Positions 40,501 through 60,130 of a stretch of 64,000 nucleotides of DNA are shown one piece after another. The stretch's first letter is position 1, and the number at the start of each line of letters is the position of its first letter. Below the pieces are notes generated by a model that saw only the letters and a list, made by a program, of their open reading frames with translations, searched no databases and had not been told where the DNA came from. A program made the position numbers and the translations under genes. The DNA is from Microbotryum violaceum (taxonomy: Eukaryota), in the NCBI GenBank assembly GCA_001244265.2, contig CDLV01000006.1, positions 1,116,001 to 1,180,000 on the forward strand, written 5' to 3'.

Positions 40501-41728
40501 CGCCGCCCTAAAGGTATCTAGCGCAGATTCTAGCCTTCAGGGGAAGTAATGCCTAGGTAGATATACTACGGGCATTTTTCAAAGGCTCTGCGAAATTCTC
40601 GGTACACTGGTAATTGGGGAGGTATTCGTTGGGGAGTTCTTCGAGCGCTGCACTGGCCGGCCGGCCCTGCCCATTGTCCAGGCACCTGCCCAAAGTTGCT
40701 GCAGTGCAATGGGTGAAAGCGCTTCCTTCAGAAAGGGAGTGGGGGCTTGGGCAAGGGGGGGGGGGCTCTCGAGGACGAGAGCGGTTCATCACACATTCAC
40801 CCAGCTGCAGCAGTGGCGGACAGACAAAGCGGGTAAAAAGAGGCGTCGGTTGGGTTAGCAATGGCGGTCAAAAGGAAATCGACCCCCCCGCCGCGCGCCG
40901 TGGGTCAAGCCGTTTGATTTCTGCCTGCAGCACTTACGTGAGTAGCAACATGTAATCAAGGTGTTATGCATACACGCCACATAGAGAAACGTGTATCCAG
41001 ATAGCTAGAAACATAGGCGCATAGGGAGTTACAGCGGAGACATTCCGAGTAGACATAATTTCTGGAAAAGGTACGACACCCGAAGAAGAAAGCTGGCTCA
41101 TCCGATCGCTCGAGTTGGCGGGCGCCCGGCCTGGGCGGATCGACCTCCGGGTCTCGATCTTGTGAGAAGGCCTTCAACTCTTGTTCGACTTTGCTGACCT
41201 ACACTTCCCCATTTGCTTGCGTCCTGCCTGCTTGGGTCACGGATCTAACGACTCCATCCTCCTGTCCTCCTCGCCGTCTGTACTCCACCTCGCCAAGCTT
41301 CTCCTCGACAGCACCCGGTCAAGTGCTTTCGGATCGCCCGCGACCGGGTCTGATTTGTGAGCTTCACTGCGTTTGGAACACGGAATTTCAAGTGATCCCG
41401 TTCCCGTCTCGACGGGTGTTTGGAGCGCCAGTCGAATCCCCGCTCGCATTTGCGGTGCGGTACTGCTTCACACGAAACCTACGACAGAACACGACCTGTG
41501 CTTGTCTGATTTCCGTGGTGCGTATACCATTATCATCGTCTCTTGCGGACAATAGATTGTTGTCCAAGTTGTCGTTGATCTCCGAGCGAAGCAAACCTCT
41601 GCGGAGCTCAGCCTCGGCGTCTCCCCTTTGGATCTGACCTCACTCGATCCATTTCTTCCGCCTCGTAAGGCAGATTGAATCGACTTCGCCGACATCAAAA
41701 GGTCCGCCGTTCTCTCGCCGTGTGATTG

Positions 41729-49545
<7,817 letters not shown>

Positions 49546-50166
49546 CTGATGGCCGAAGAGTGAGGCTGCCTCGCGGAGGCGAACACCCTCAAAACATATC
49601 GTATGAGGGGCCTGTATCTGCACGTCTTGAAACTTTTAAGTTTCTCATTAGAAGTATAGAGGACTGGATTCCGACTCAAGGGGTTGAGTACGAGCGCAAG
49701 ATTGAGAATGAAAGATGGATGAAGAAGGAAGAGAGACGAGCGCCCGCGAGTCGCGCGACTTCAACCCAAGCCAACGTGTCAACCTAGTCTCAATCAGGCG
49801 CTGGGATCCGGCGTAGAGGGTAATAGGCTAAAGAAGGAGTGCAAAGTAGGAGTGAAATAGTGGCATAAGAAGTGAATAGGATTAGAAGAGAATCAGATAT
49901 GATTGGGTTCTGATACTTCTGTATATATTGTTCATTATTGGGGAGGGAAGTTTTTCGTAGGCATCACGAAGGTGTTTTGTACTACTATGGACCTACAGTG
50001 ACCATTTCAAGGCAGCCGTCGCTTCGTTCGGTCTGATATCAGGGATGACGTCGCCGAAGAAAGTAGTATTCGTCGGAGCTATGTATGCATAACATGTGGT
50101 GACGGTGGCTTTCTCTGTCGAGCAGGCTCGAGCACCCCGCGCTGACGCAGAGAGGGCGGAGGACCC

Positions 50167-52180
50167 TCATTTCGGCTTGGATATCCAGAGATGCTGAGAA
50201 CGAGTGAGATTGCATGCGCGTCTACTCCAGATTACGAAGCTTGATTTTGAGATGAGCGTGGAGCTGTACCGAACGTGTTGCCGCAATGTGAGCGCGCTTT
50301 GACAGACCCTCGCCTGCTGCCGGGCAATCTGGCCCCTATCTAGCTCGAAGCGCCGAGATTGGGAATTTTTTCTCGCTATCGGGCACACGTGAATGCAGTT
50401 AGCGTGATCGATGCCGTAGATCACTGGTAGGTTCTCGGATACAAACAACAATATGGCGGGTCATCATCAATGTCCGCAAGCCAGCTATCGAATTGGCTCT
50501 TTTCATCCTGAAAGGGGACCCGGCAGGGCCCCAAACCGCACCTTCACGAAAGTAATGTGCGGTCAAATGTGGGACTCGAAGCGGATGTGCTTCAACTTGA
50601 GGTCCAACGGGTCGAGCCAGCCTTCGAGCCATTGAGGCACCCAGCCCAAGCCATGCGTCAAGTCGTAGTGGGTAAGGTACCGCCCCTTTGCCAAGGGATA
50701 GACAGCCCCTCGGTGGCTGGGTTCGAGAAGCCAAAGAGGGTCAGGGTTGGGCGTTGGAGCTTTGGGGATGTCTGACAAGGCTCTAGATGAATTGCATCAA
50801 GGTCTGGAGGGGATATTAGCAGAGACTCTGTCTCTGTCAGCCCAAAGCAGTTGATGAACGAGAGGAGGAGCAGCCCTTCCACCGTAGGCGTCCGCAATAT
50901 AGGACTCGTCGGATACGAGGTCCAACGAGGTAGTTAATTCCGGCATCGCTTACGTGGTCATAGTCTCGTCCGACCAGACACTCCACGGGACCAAATTGAT
51001 CAATGATAGCGCAGCTGCAGCGACGGCTAGAGCGAATGCAAGAAAATCGTCGTGGAAGATTCATCTGGACAATAGAAAGCGTTGTGGAAGTCCAGCAGAC
51101 GGAGCAGTTCGAGGAGAAGTGCGGCTCGCTCATCAACGGTGAATGACAAACCTTGAAGCGTCTGGTGGACACAGCCGGGATTCGTATGGTCGATTTCCTA
51201 AGGCGGCTCCTGGCCACGGGCACGCACGATAGTCTACGCAGGCGCGGGACGAGGGAATTCAGGAAAAGTATGCCAGCTCCAGATATGTTCCTCCCGCGCT
51301 GCCCAGAGCAGCGGCACTGTATCGGGTGCCAGGATGTGGAAAAATGAAGTGGTGCAGTGCGCTTTGCCGTCGTAACCAAGGTCTGTGCTCGAAGTATCGC
51401 GTTAAAGGTCGCTTTGTCGGGCCCTTTCTCGGAATGCGTCTCCAACAATCTAAGCATGCGCAACTTCGGTAGGCGAGTGCAAATCAAAGTTACCTTGCGC
51501 CTTGAATGGCTCTCTGCTGATTTCAATTTGCCTCGATTGAGGTTGTTAGCTTTTTTGGCTGTGTAGTCCAGTTGTGAAGGGGCTGGCCTTTCAGCGGAGG
51601 CCGCCGCAGCAAGTTCCGTCGTCAAGGCAGGCGCGGTCAGCTGCTCGTACTAGTAGAGATCCTTTCGAAAGCCCTCGTGTGTGGACTAGCGTCGCTCCTC
51701 CCGTTTTTCACCTTGAGCTATATCAGGAGGGCGTTTCATGCGCCTTGCCGGCCTCGACGAGGCGACCTTGGAATACCTCCTCATGCCGGCTTTAATTCTC
51801 AGCCACTGCAGTGACCATATTGCACGGGGTTGTTGATCTCCATTTAGATCATTTGATCTGACTCGTCCGAGAACAAGTGTTCCGCGGGTGTTTGAGGAGC
51901 GGGTGCAACTGAAGTTGCTCGAGCAGGGCATAAATAACCCTCGGTTCCCAGTCGGACCGGCCGAGGACGATGTATCGGAACAACCGAGGCTTGACGATGA
52001 TTGACAGGCGCCGAGACGACAGGGCGAGGCTCTTCAGGTCTTGCATCTGGCTGAACTAGCCATCGTCGCCCCTTCGTAGGACGGGTGCCCTGTCGACGAG
52101 TGGAACGTAGAGTTCTCGTTGCCGAGGTAGGGTAAGTACTAGTAAGGTGCGATCAGCTCGAGCAACTTGTCTGGCAGCAA
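50167..52180 (-). pseudogene. Degenerate F-box-like gene remnant
   Basis: LPDKLLELIAPY...DLKSLALSSRRLSIIVKPRLFRYIVL resembles a fungal F-box. Downstream frames are broken by stops. Limits uncertain. Confidence 0.35.
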
Positions 52181-52822
52181 GAGCAAGCCACAGGTCGCAG
52201 TCATTTTAGAAGACCTGTTGAACAAGGGGGGGCAGGTAAAGAGTAGATTTTATGGTTTGGTGCAAGGCCCGAAATGTGACTTGTCCGTGAAGGGTAGCCA
52301 TGCTGCTGCAATCCGCGAGTCGCAGTCTGGGCGTACTAATGCTAGAACTGGGGCCCGTATGCGTTCAAATTTTCACGGTTTGTTCTCTGATGATGACCAC
52401 GACTCAGTCCAATGAACAGGGACGAGAACAAAGTGCAGTGGCCAGAGACTAAGGGACAGACTCGCGGAAGGCTAGCTAGTAAAGTGCGGCAATAATAGAG
52501 GAACTAAGGAGACAATTAGAGCTGGGAGATTGAGATACCAACGCGCCAAATGAAGGCACGTTGGGCTCAATCCCAAGAACCAACTTAGATGTTGCAATGG
52601 GATGAGGACTGTGAAGCCAGCTATCCTTGACACAAACCATTGACGGAGGACTCGGAGTCATAGAAGCGGAGAGTGCGGCGGTTCCCGTTCGCCCCCCCGG
52701 GGGGCTGGGGCGGGGGGCCTCCTCGGAGATATCCGAGCCGCTAGCAGGCCGTGATGATCTCTTCCCCCCTCTTGCCCCCTCTTGCCCCCACCGCCGCGCA
52801 CCCGACCCGCATTCGCCTTCGC

Positions 52823-53946
52823 ATGCGACTTCTCTCGTCCGCCACGCGAAAGTTGTTACAATCCAGTGTCCGATCTCCTGCTCGCACCATGACCACCGCC
52901 GCTGCTGTACCCCGCATTCCTGTCAACCTGGAGGTGAGCTATCCGGAAGGACCACTGGATCAGAAGAGACCGGTAGTTGATACGTTGATGCCTTTCTCCA
53001 CGCGGGGCTTATGTCATCGACGAGCGGGCACTAACTTCTGGCTCTCGATGGACCGGGACTTTGCGAGCTGACCGGCTTGGCGCTTTGTGTTTCGGTCTTC
53101 GTAGATCACTTCGGATTCGATCTGCCCATTCTGTTTCATAGGCTATAAGCGCATCACGTCCGCGGTTGACCAGGCTACGGCTTTGGGGCTCCCGCTCGAA
53201 TTCGCGATTTCCTTCGCGCCATTCCAGCTCGACTCTACCTTGCCAAAGTCGCCCGGTGAATCCAAGAAGGAGCGCTATGTCCGCCGCTTCGGGGACAAGT
53301 TTCATCAAATGGAAGCCCAGATGAAAGAGCGTGGCAAAGCCGAAGGCATCAACTTCTCGTACGACGGGCCCGTCTCGGCGACCGAAGACAATCACCGAAT
53401 GATCATGAAGGCACGAGAGCTGGGGGGCGAGGCAATGCAGAAGAAGTACGTCGAGAAGGTGTTCAGCTCGTACTTTGAGGAAGAGAAAGACCCAGGAAGC
53501 TTCGACGTGTTGGCCGACGATGCCGAAGCGGTGGGCATGATGACCAAGCAAGAGGTATGTGTGACTCGGAGGAGGGAGGAGCCGGCGTTGACTGGGCAAA
53601 CTCCAGGACGGGGCTTGGTCTCGATAGGTTCGTGGCCTGCTCCTTTCAAAGTGGCATATTAACTATCTAGCATTACACCACCAGGCACTCGACTTCCTCC
53701 ATTCGGAAAAACTCAAGGCGGAGGTCAAGCTCGGAATTCAGAAGGCCGAGGCCCGAGGCATCTCCGGCGTTCCCTTCACCATTATTAATGGTCAGCCAGC
53801 TCATCTCGCCGTCTCAAAACGTCCAGAATTTCATGTCCCTTCTTCCAATGCATCGCGCAGACAAACTGGCGATCTCGGGTGCGCAAGAGACCGACACTTT
53901 CCTCGATGTGTTCAAGCGCATTGCTTCTGGGGAGCTCAAGCCCTGA
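52823..53946 (+). CDS. DsbA/FrnE-like thioredoxin-fold protein, multi-exon
   Basis: ITSDSICPFCFIGYKRI, FAPFQLD, YFEEEKD, GISGVPFTII, ISGAQETDTF. Confidence 0.92.
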
Positions 53947-54211
53947 ATGGAGAAATCATGGTCGCCCTCGAAATGCGATAAAGTCGCCGCAGAATGCAGT
54001 GCAGCAGATGAAAATTGTCGGGAGCTAGTAGAACGGAGCAAATAAAAGTGTGTCGGCTATGCCGACTGGAAATAACACGATCTGAGGAGGAAGTGAGAAG
54101 ACGAAGCAAGGAAAGGAGTGCACGACTTGACGGGGTGCACGAACGTCGGTAAAGCATTTGGACAACGGCAAGTGAGGACATCGGTGCGGCCGGGCCGGGG
54201 GAAGGGGCTGC

Positions 54212-55804
54212 TCAGATCATGGTCCAAGCGGCGCCGATTACTGTACCGAGAGTGATGAGGCAGGTCCAGCTGCCCAAAATATATGCAGGTGCACCTCGAG
54301 AAGGCGGCGGCGGCGACGGCAAGCTTTGGCCTCCCGTGGTTCCGGGACCTCCGTTCGTGTTGTTCGGGGTCTGCACCTGCAAGCTTTCGCTGTTGCCGGC
54401 GGGGTTCGAAGTTGGCCGCGGCTTTGAGCCGGCCGATTGATTCTGAGGAGCTGAACTGCCAGGGAGGGCCTGGACCGGTTTCTTCGTCGGGTCGGAACTG
54501 CCGGTACCGTTCTTGCCAGTAGTCGGTCCGTCCCCCACGGGAGCTTTCTTGGAAGTCTGCACAGGAGCGTTTTTGTGAATCTGCGTAGGGGCTTTCGTCT
54601 TCTCCTTCCCAGGCTGCGCAGGAGCGTTTTCGTGAGTCTGCGCAGGAGCTTTCGTCGTCTCCTTCCCAGATGACGTCTCCATCTTGCCGGTCGGCGGTAG
54701 AGCGTCAATTTTTTTCGTCTCTGACGGGGGCTTGTCGGTGTTGTGCCTCTGCTCCGACTTCGGTGTGGGTTTTGCCTCCGTGGGCCGCTTCTTACTGGAC
54801 GGGTTCCCGATCGGCGGTGACTGATGAGCGGGCGAGGTATGACCAGACGTCTGGTGCTGTTTGTCCGTCTTGCGAAGGGGGATAGGCGTCTCGGGTGGAG
54901 TGAGCTTCTGAACATGTTCGAGTGCTGACAAAGGATGCTCGTGCGGATCACCCACCTTGGAATGCTGGCCCTCATGACCAGTAGACGACGGGGAATGATG
55001 AGGGTGCGTCGTTGCGTTTACGAGAGGACTCTCTACGGCATGCTCGACCGAGTTCCCCGTCTGCGAAGACGGTCGAGCGGTACCGTTTTGCGAGTGCCTG
55101 ATCGAGGGGTGCTCGTTCGCGATGTGTTTCTCATCGGACGGGCGTCGCTCCAGATCTTGCGGCAGCTTGTTCGTCTCGTGTTGCTCTTTCGACTTCTTCG
55201 AGCTGGAGGTGTTGAAAGTCGACCCGCCCTCATGGCCTTGGCCACCCCCAGGAGCTTTGCTTTCGCCCTTCTTGCTTACAGGAGTACTGGGCTCAGAGGC
55301 GTGAGTTTGTCCTTTGGCTGCTCCCCCTAACGAGCACAAAGCGTCTTGGAAAGTAGTGGCGTGGTACTTGTCGATGGCGTTGCACTCTGTTCGCCGGTAC
55401 AAGAAGTGACGAGCTCGCCAGAATTAGTGTCTCCGACGGACCGCAAGTTTACATGGCTCCCAGAAAAGCCGCCACTCACTCTGGGTATCGTAACACTGTG
55501 CAAGACCGTCGCGGTACGACTTGAAAGAGCAAACGCAATCTATATCTGCTGGGCCGTGACAAGGGCTCGGGCCCGTCAGCTGTAACGAGGGAGTGACTCA
55601 CAACTATCAGCGAATTGAACGTCTAGATTACGGCAACGGCACGAGCCGCGCAGCGCATGAGCCTCGGATGAACTTTGCATTTACTTCACTGAGTGTTTTG
55701 TACATCGATTCTGGGCAGGGATAAGCACACAAAGGTAGTTTCATCGACGCCGCCAAGGTCGCGGCCACGACGGTCGCCAGGGCGAAGTAGGTCACGCGCG
55801 TCAT
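54212..55804 (-). CDS. Secreted/GPI-anchored CFEM-like protein with long low-complexity stalk, multi-exon
   Basis: Signal peptide MTRVTYFALATVVAATLA, LPLCAYPC, DCVC, QC, ALC, S/T/P/K-rich stalk, hydrophobic C-terminus. Confidence 0.75.
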
Positions 55805-57015
55805 CCTTAGGAGGCGAAAGGGGCACGAGCCTTGGTTGATCGATGATACGGAGATCACGACTACGACGGGAGCGAAGAGTAGGAGGGGAGAGGAGAGCAA
55901 AATACGGATGAGTTGAACGAGCGACGTACGACCACGGTCGATGCAGGTGAGACGGCCTACTGCGAGCTTGAGAGAGAAGTGGCGAGGAAGAAGCGAAGAA
56001 GGGACGCGAGCCTGCTTCCCAGGAGTAGGCGGCAAATGCGACTGAAACGGTCCGTGGAAGTCACTAACAGCGCATAGGGGGCGGTGTCAGTAAGCCACGC
56101 GCGCTTATTCAAAAAGGAGCCAATGCATGAATTGGCCACGAAGCCGGAGCGGCGAGCCTGTCAGCCCGGGACGACTAGGCGCCATTCTGTATTGAACCGT
56201 CTTTGTTGCAAGTATAACACAGCTGCCCCGGAAATTTTGACATTTTCGCATACTGCGAAGCTTGCGGGACCCTTCGCCTCCCAACATCCTGCTGACTCCT
56301 CGCCGCTGGAGCCTCCAGGTCGAAACGTGCGTGCGGTTGGCCTCCTGTCTAGGTCGTTGGTCGTACTGGCGCAATGGGCTTTGTTGGACTCTGGGGGCGG
56401 ATCGGACCAGACCAGAGCCGAACCACACCGAGCCGAGATAAACGTAGACTTTATCCAGCCAGAGGCCGCGTGTGCAGAGCCAAAACTAGTGGGGTTTCGC
56501 CCAGTGCAATGTAGAGAAACAATGGTCCTGTTACGCGTCGTGGAATCAAGGCCGATCGAGGCGATGTCTCAATCGTCATTGATGGGCAGGAGGACCCCGA
56601 GAGCCCAGCCGGAGGCGCGTAGTGCCCGACTGGACAAATTTTGGGCCTCAGATGGGCCAAAATCGCCAAGGCGCGTAGTCGGGGGTGGACAAATCAGGGT
56701 GCGCCGGTGCGGGTGGGGGCCTAGGCCCGTAGGTGCCAATGGACAAATCTCGGCCAATTTCAGCCACATTCGGCTTGGTGCGGCAAAGTTTGCCGACCCT
56801 CAAGAGCGTGCGGGAGCGCGCGCGAACACTCTGGGCTATACCGAATCAACAACAACGGCTCTAATTGTTCAATATTTGCAATGTAATTTCTTGGCTGGTT
56901 GAACGAAAAGTCCGAGTGCGCACGTCTCTTGCCTCCCCCACCGCGTCGCGTCGTCTGTGCCATCATCGTCATCACCATCCTAGGCTAGGCTCTCGCTTCA
57001 GCCAACTTCGACAAG

Positions 57016-57726
57016 ATGTATCTAGACAATACGGATATCGAGCTCCTTGACGATGATTTCGAGCGAATGGCACCCCTCTTGGACGTGAGGGTGTCTGAGC
57101 TTCTCGCCTTCCGCTTCGACAACCCGGAGACCCAAATACAGCTTTCGTGGTCGACAGACGAGCCTCTCGAGTTTGAGACTCCTTCTAGGCCGTTCGATGC
57201 TTGGAGGGACAAGTTCAAGGATCGTGGAGCAATCATTGCGGCACGAAATCAAGGTTACCGGTCAATTGCTATCGCTGGGCACCGGCTGCCTTTCGGTGTC
57301 GAAAGGATTTGGCGGCATATAGACTACGCTGAGCGCATGCGTTCGATCGTTATCAGTAGCCAAGAGTGGATGAAAACTTATCTGGGCGTCAACATCGAAG
57401 ATCAGCCTCTCATCGTCAAGGCTCTGGAGGTGCTGCCGTCATTAATCGTTGAGGAGCAATATACTCCCTCAATGATCCTCGGGTGTAGCACGTCCTTGCG
57501 CACGCTGCTCGATTTCGTCGGTAAGTAGCCATTTTGTTTGCTTGTTCGATCGCGTGATTGACTGGGACTATTCTTCGTGCTTTTCCTAGGGACAACGTGG
57601 CTTGGAGAAACCGCGATGGACGTTGCCATCGCCAGCGTACTAGCTTCATCGCGAGTAGAAGCGTCGACAGCACCTGACAAGGTATACGGGGCCAAGCAAA
57701 GTTACTGCGTTCCTAGGATCCTTTAG
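57016..57726 (+). pseudogene. Truncated element-borne ORF ending in a Ulp1/C48-peptidase-like N-terminal motif
   Basis: Exon 57016-57520, GT-AG intron, exon from 57590, giving SLRTLLDFVGTTWLGETAMDVAI. Truncated at a duplicated junction. Confidence 0.45.
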
Positions 57727-57730
57727 TCGG

Positions 57731-59471
57731 CAAGCAAAGTTACTGCGCTCCTAGGATTGATGCGAAAGCTCAAAACAGAGACCGCAGGCTCGCGGCAAGG
57801 CTACCATCACACGTATGACAGGCTCGACGATCTCGACCTCGTCGCAATGCGGACTTATCCAAACGATGAAGAGATTCGATCCACAAGCTTGGTTGCTGCA
57901 GGACTTGCAAAAGAGCTCCTTCTTGGTCTTCGAATGTGGGATACCACACATTATCAGAAGTCCAACCAGGTAAAGGAAGAGATACCGGTCAATGGTGGGT
58001 GTCGCAAGCTTTTGGCTTCGTTTTGAGCAAAGCTGATTGATGCCGCCCCTTACAGCTAGTGAACCTTCGCATTTCGAGCCCAAGGACACTGAGCCGGTTT
58101 CGCATGTCGCTGACCTAGATCGGACCCTCAATGGGATCCGAACCAAAATGTGCCAAGGTCTCGTCGTGCTGGACCCGAAAGAGCGAAAGTCAGTTGAAAA
58201 TGCTGTTCGCTCTTTAGCTGCTCTTGGCCTTGACAATGATGCTGCACTGTAAGTTGAGTGCTTGAGACCTGTACCCGCCTCATCCGAGCTGATGATACGT
58301 CTCTTTCAATTCTAGGCTTGCCGTTCAGCAGGCCTATGATAAGGCCGATGCTCAAGCAGAGGAACGCTTTCTACTCGACGCCATTGAGACAGCAAATGAA
58401 AGCTTGCCAGGTCGTGTAGGTTCATTTAAGCAGCAACTGTCTTCTTGCAGAACCACTAAACAGAACCAGCACTTTTTCACAGGCTCAAATTCTTCGGCTC
58501 CCATCCCTTCTGCGTCACGACCCTCGTCAGCTTGCGCTTGATCTGAAAAGCTTGATTGAGCACCGTCGGGTCCATCAATGTGCCCACCTCAAGGCTGTCC
58601 TACTCAAGGGAAGGCACGGCGCCCCCACCTCGACTGCCCAAGATTTCGATCCCACATCAAAAGCGCAATTGTCTGAGCACGGTGAAGTGCACTCCAGTGT
58701 CCTCCGAGGCTTAGTGCAATCAATGGGTGCAGCCCGTCTCGAAGCTGTGTCAGGAGTTGCGAGGTCCATTCGTTGGACAGGACAAGGGACCTTCAGTCGC
58801 TTTTCGACCGCAAACGAGACAGACAACATAGGATACATCGAAGATGGACGTAAAGAAGTGAGCTACAATCGTGTGCTGTGCACATATCGCCCAGAGAGTG
58901 CTCATCAATAATGTTCATTCTTGCCCAGGTACGGATGCAATTGCGAGCAAGGCAATACACGGTATTCGCCAAGATCCCAATGTTTGGATCGATTGACGGA
59001 AACGTCACGTCAGCCATGCCTTTGAAAATCGGCTCTCTTGTCTGCTTCGGATCAAAACGAGGCATCATAGCTGTCAGTTGTGACGCCAGCAACATAGGAG
59101 AAGAACAATTGTCCATTGGACTTGGTTTGTGCATCTCACTGTAGCTAGCTTACTGCTTTGCATTGTGACTGACATCGATTTTACCTCTCGTAGTACGTTA
59201 CATGTATGCCAAGGCCACGTCAAATCATTGTGACAGAGCGGAGACCGACTCCCTCGCATTACTCTCGAATGTCGTCCTCCAAGAATTGCGAGTTGTGAGC
59301 AAGGGCCGTTATTCAACGCATATGATTGACGGCACGACTCGGTTCTTTGGACTCGATGCACGACAAATTATTCAATCCTTGGAATCATCCTCAACGCCCG
59401 GCCTCACTCGCACCCCAGGATTCAGTTGCATACCTCGGGGAGCGTGTCTTCGACTTTGGCCAGCAGGCTGA
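57731..59471 (+). pseudogene. C-terminal part of the putative transposase (fragmented or spliced)
   Basis: QGYHHTY..DLDLVAMRTYPNDEEI, LIEHRRVHQ, GVARSIRWTG, IGSLVCFG, MYAKATSNH. Later blocks are conserved in copy 1 (about 8900-9700, minus strand). Confidence 0.55.
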
Positions 59472-60130
59472 GGCCAGGTTCTGTTTTCTTCGACGCTGAA
59501 ACGGATTACGGGACGCTTCTGTGTCCTTGAGTAATCAAATGAAAGGTGTGAAAGATGTAGGGTCAAAAAGGAAGGCAGCAAGTGCAGGAGAGGAGCCCTC
59601 GGCCAAGCAGAACCGAACCGGCTGACACGCGCGCGGGCTCCGCCGATTCGGCCCGAGCGAAAAACGTCCGGACGGCGTTTTCGCGATTTTTGGAGATGTT
59701 TTAGAGCATTTGAAGCAATTCTAGAGCTATTTTTTGAGGCGCGTAGATAGACTGGACATTTTGGGGACTTTTTTGGGCGAAAATCCCAAAAAATAGTGGA
59801 CAAATGAGGTCCAAAATCGGCGATTTTCCCGGATTTTACCTACGCGCCTCAGGCTGGGCTCTCATGGGTCCTTGGGCAGGACAGTGGCAGGGCGATCGGT
59901 TGGGCCCGACGCCGTCGCCGGCTCTCGTCGCTTCGCTCTTTCCACGAAACACTCTCCCCGACGGTGAACCGACCCGAACCTTCTCCGCCCCGTTCGTCCA
60001 GCCACGTTCGAAGAGAGGTTCCGCCTGCTCGTTTGGGCAGGGCCGTGTGTGCCGCCCCAGTAGCGTTGCCTTGACCGGACACACGTCGGGGTGTTCCGTT
60101 TCTGGTTCGAACCCGCCAGCCGTCCGCGCG

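Larger units (their letters stand above)
56591..59872 (+). mobile_element. Internally deleted TIR DNA transposon, P-element-like (copy 2, 3282 bp)
   Basis: TIRs AGGACCCCGAGAGCCCAGCCGGAGGCGCGTAG and its near-complement at 59840-59872. Exact 8-bp TSD TGGGCAGG (56583-56590, 59873-59880). Peptides shared with copy 1. Confidence 0.92.

Noticed and set aside
40956-41700. Possible minus-strand gene between the YR element and the homeobox gene
   Set aside because: No consistent spliced frame or motif could be built.
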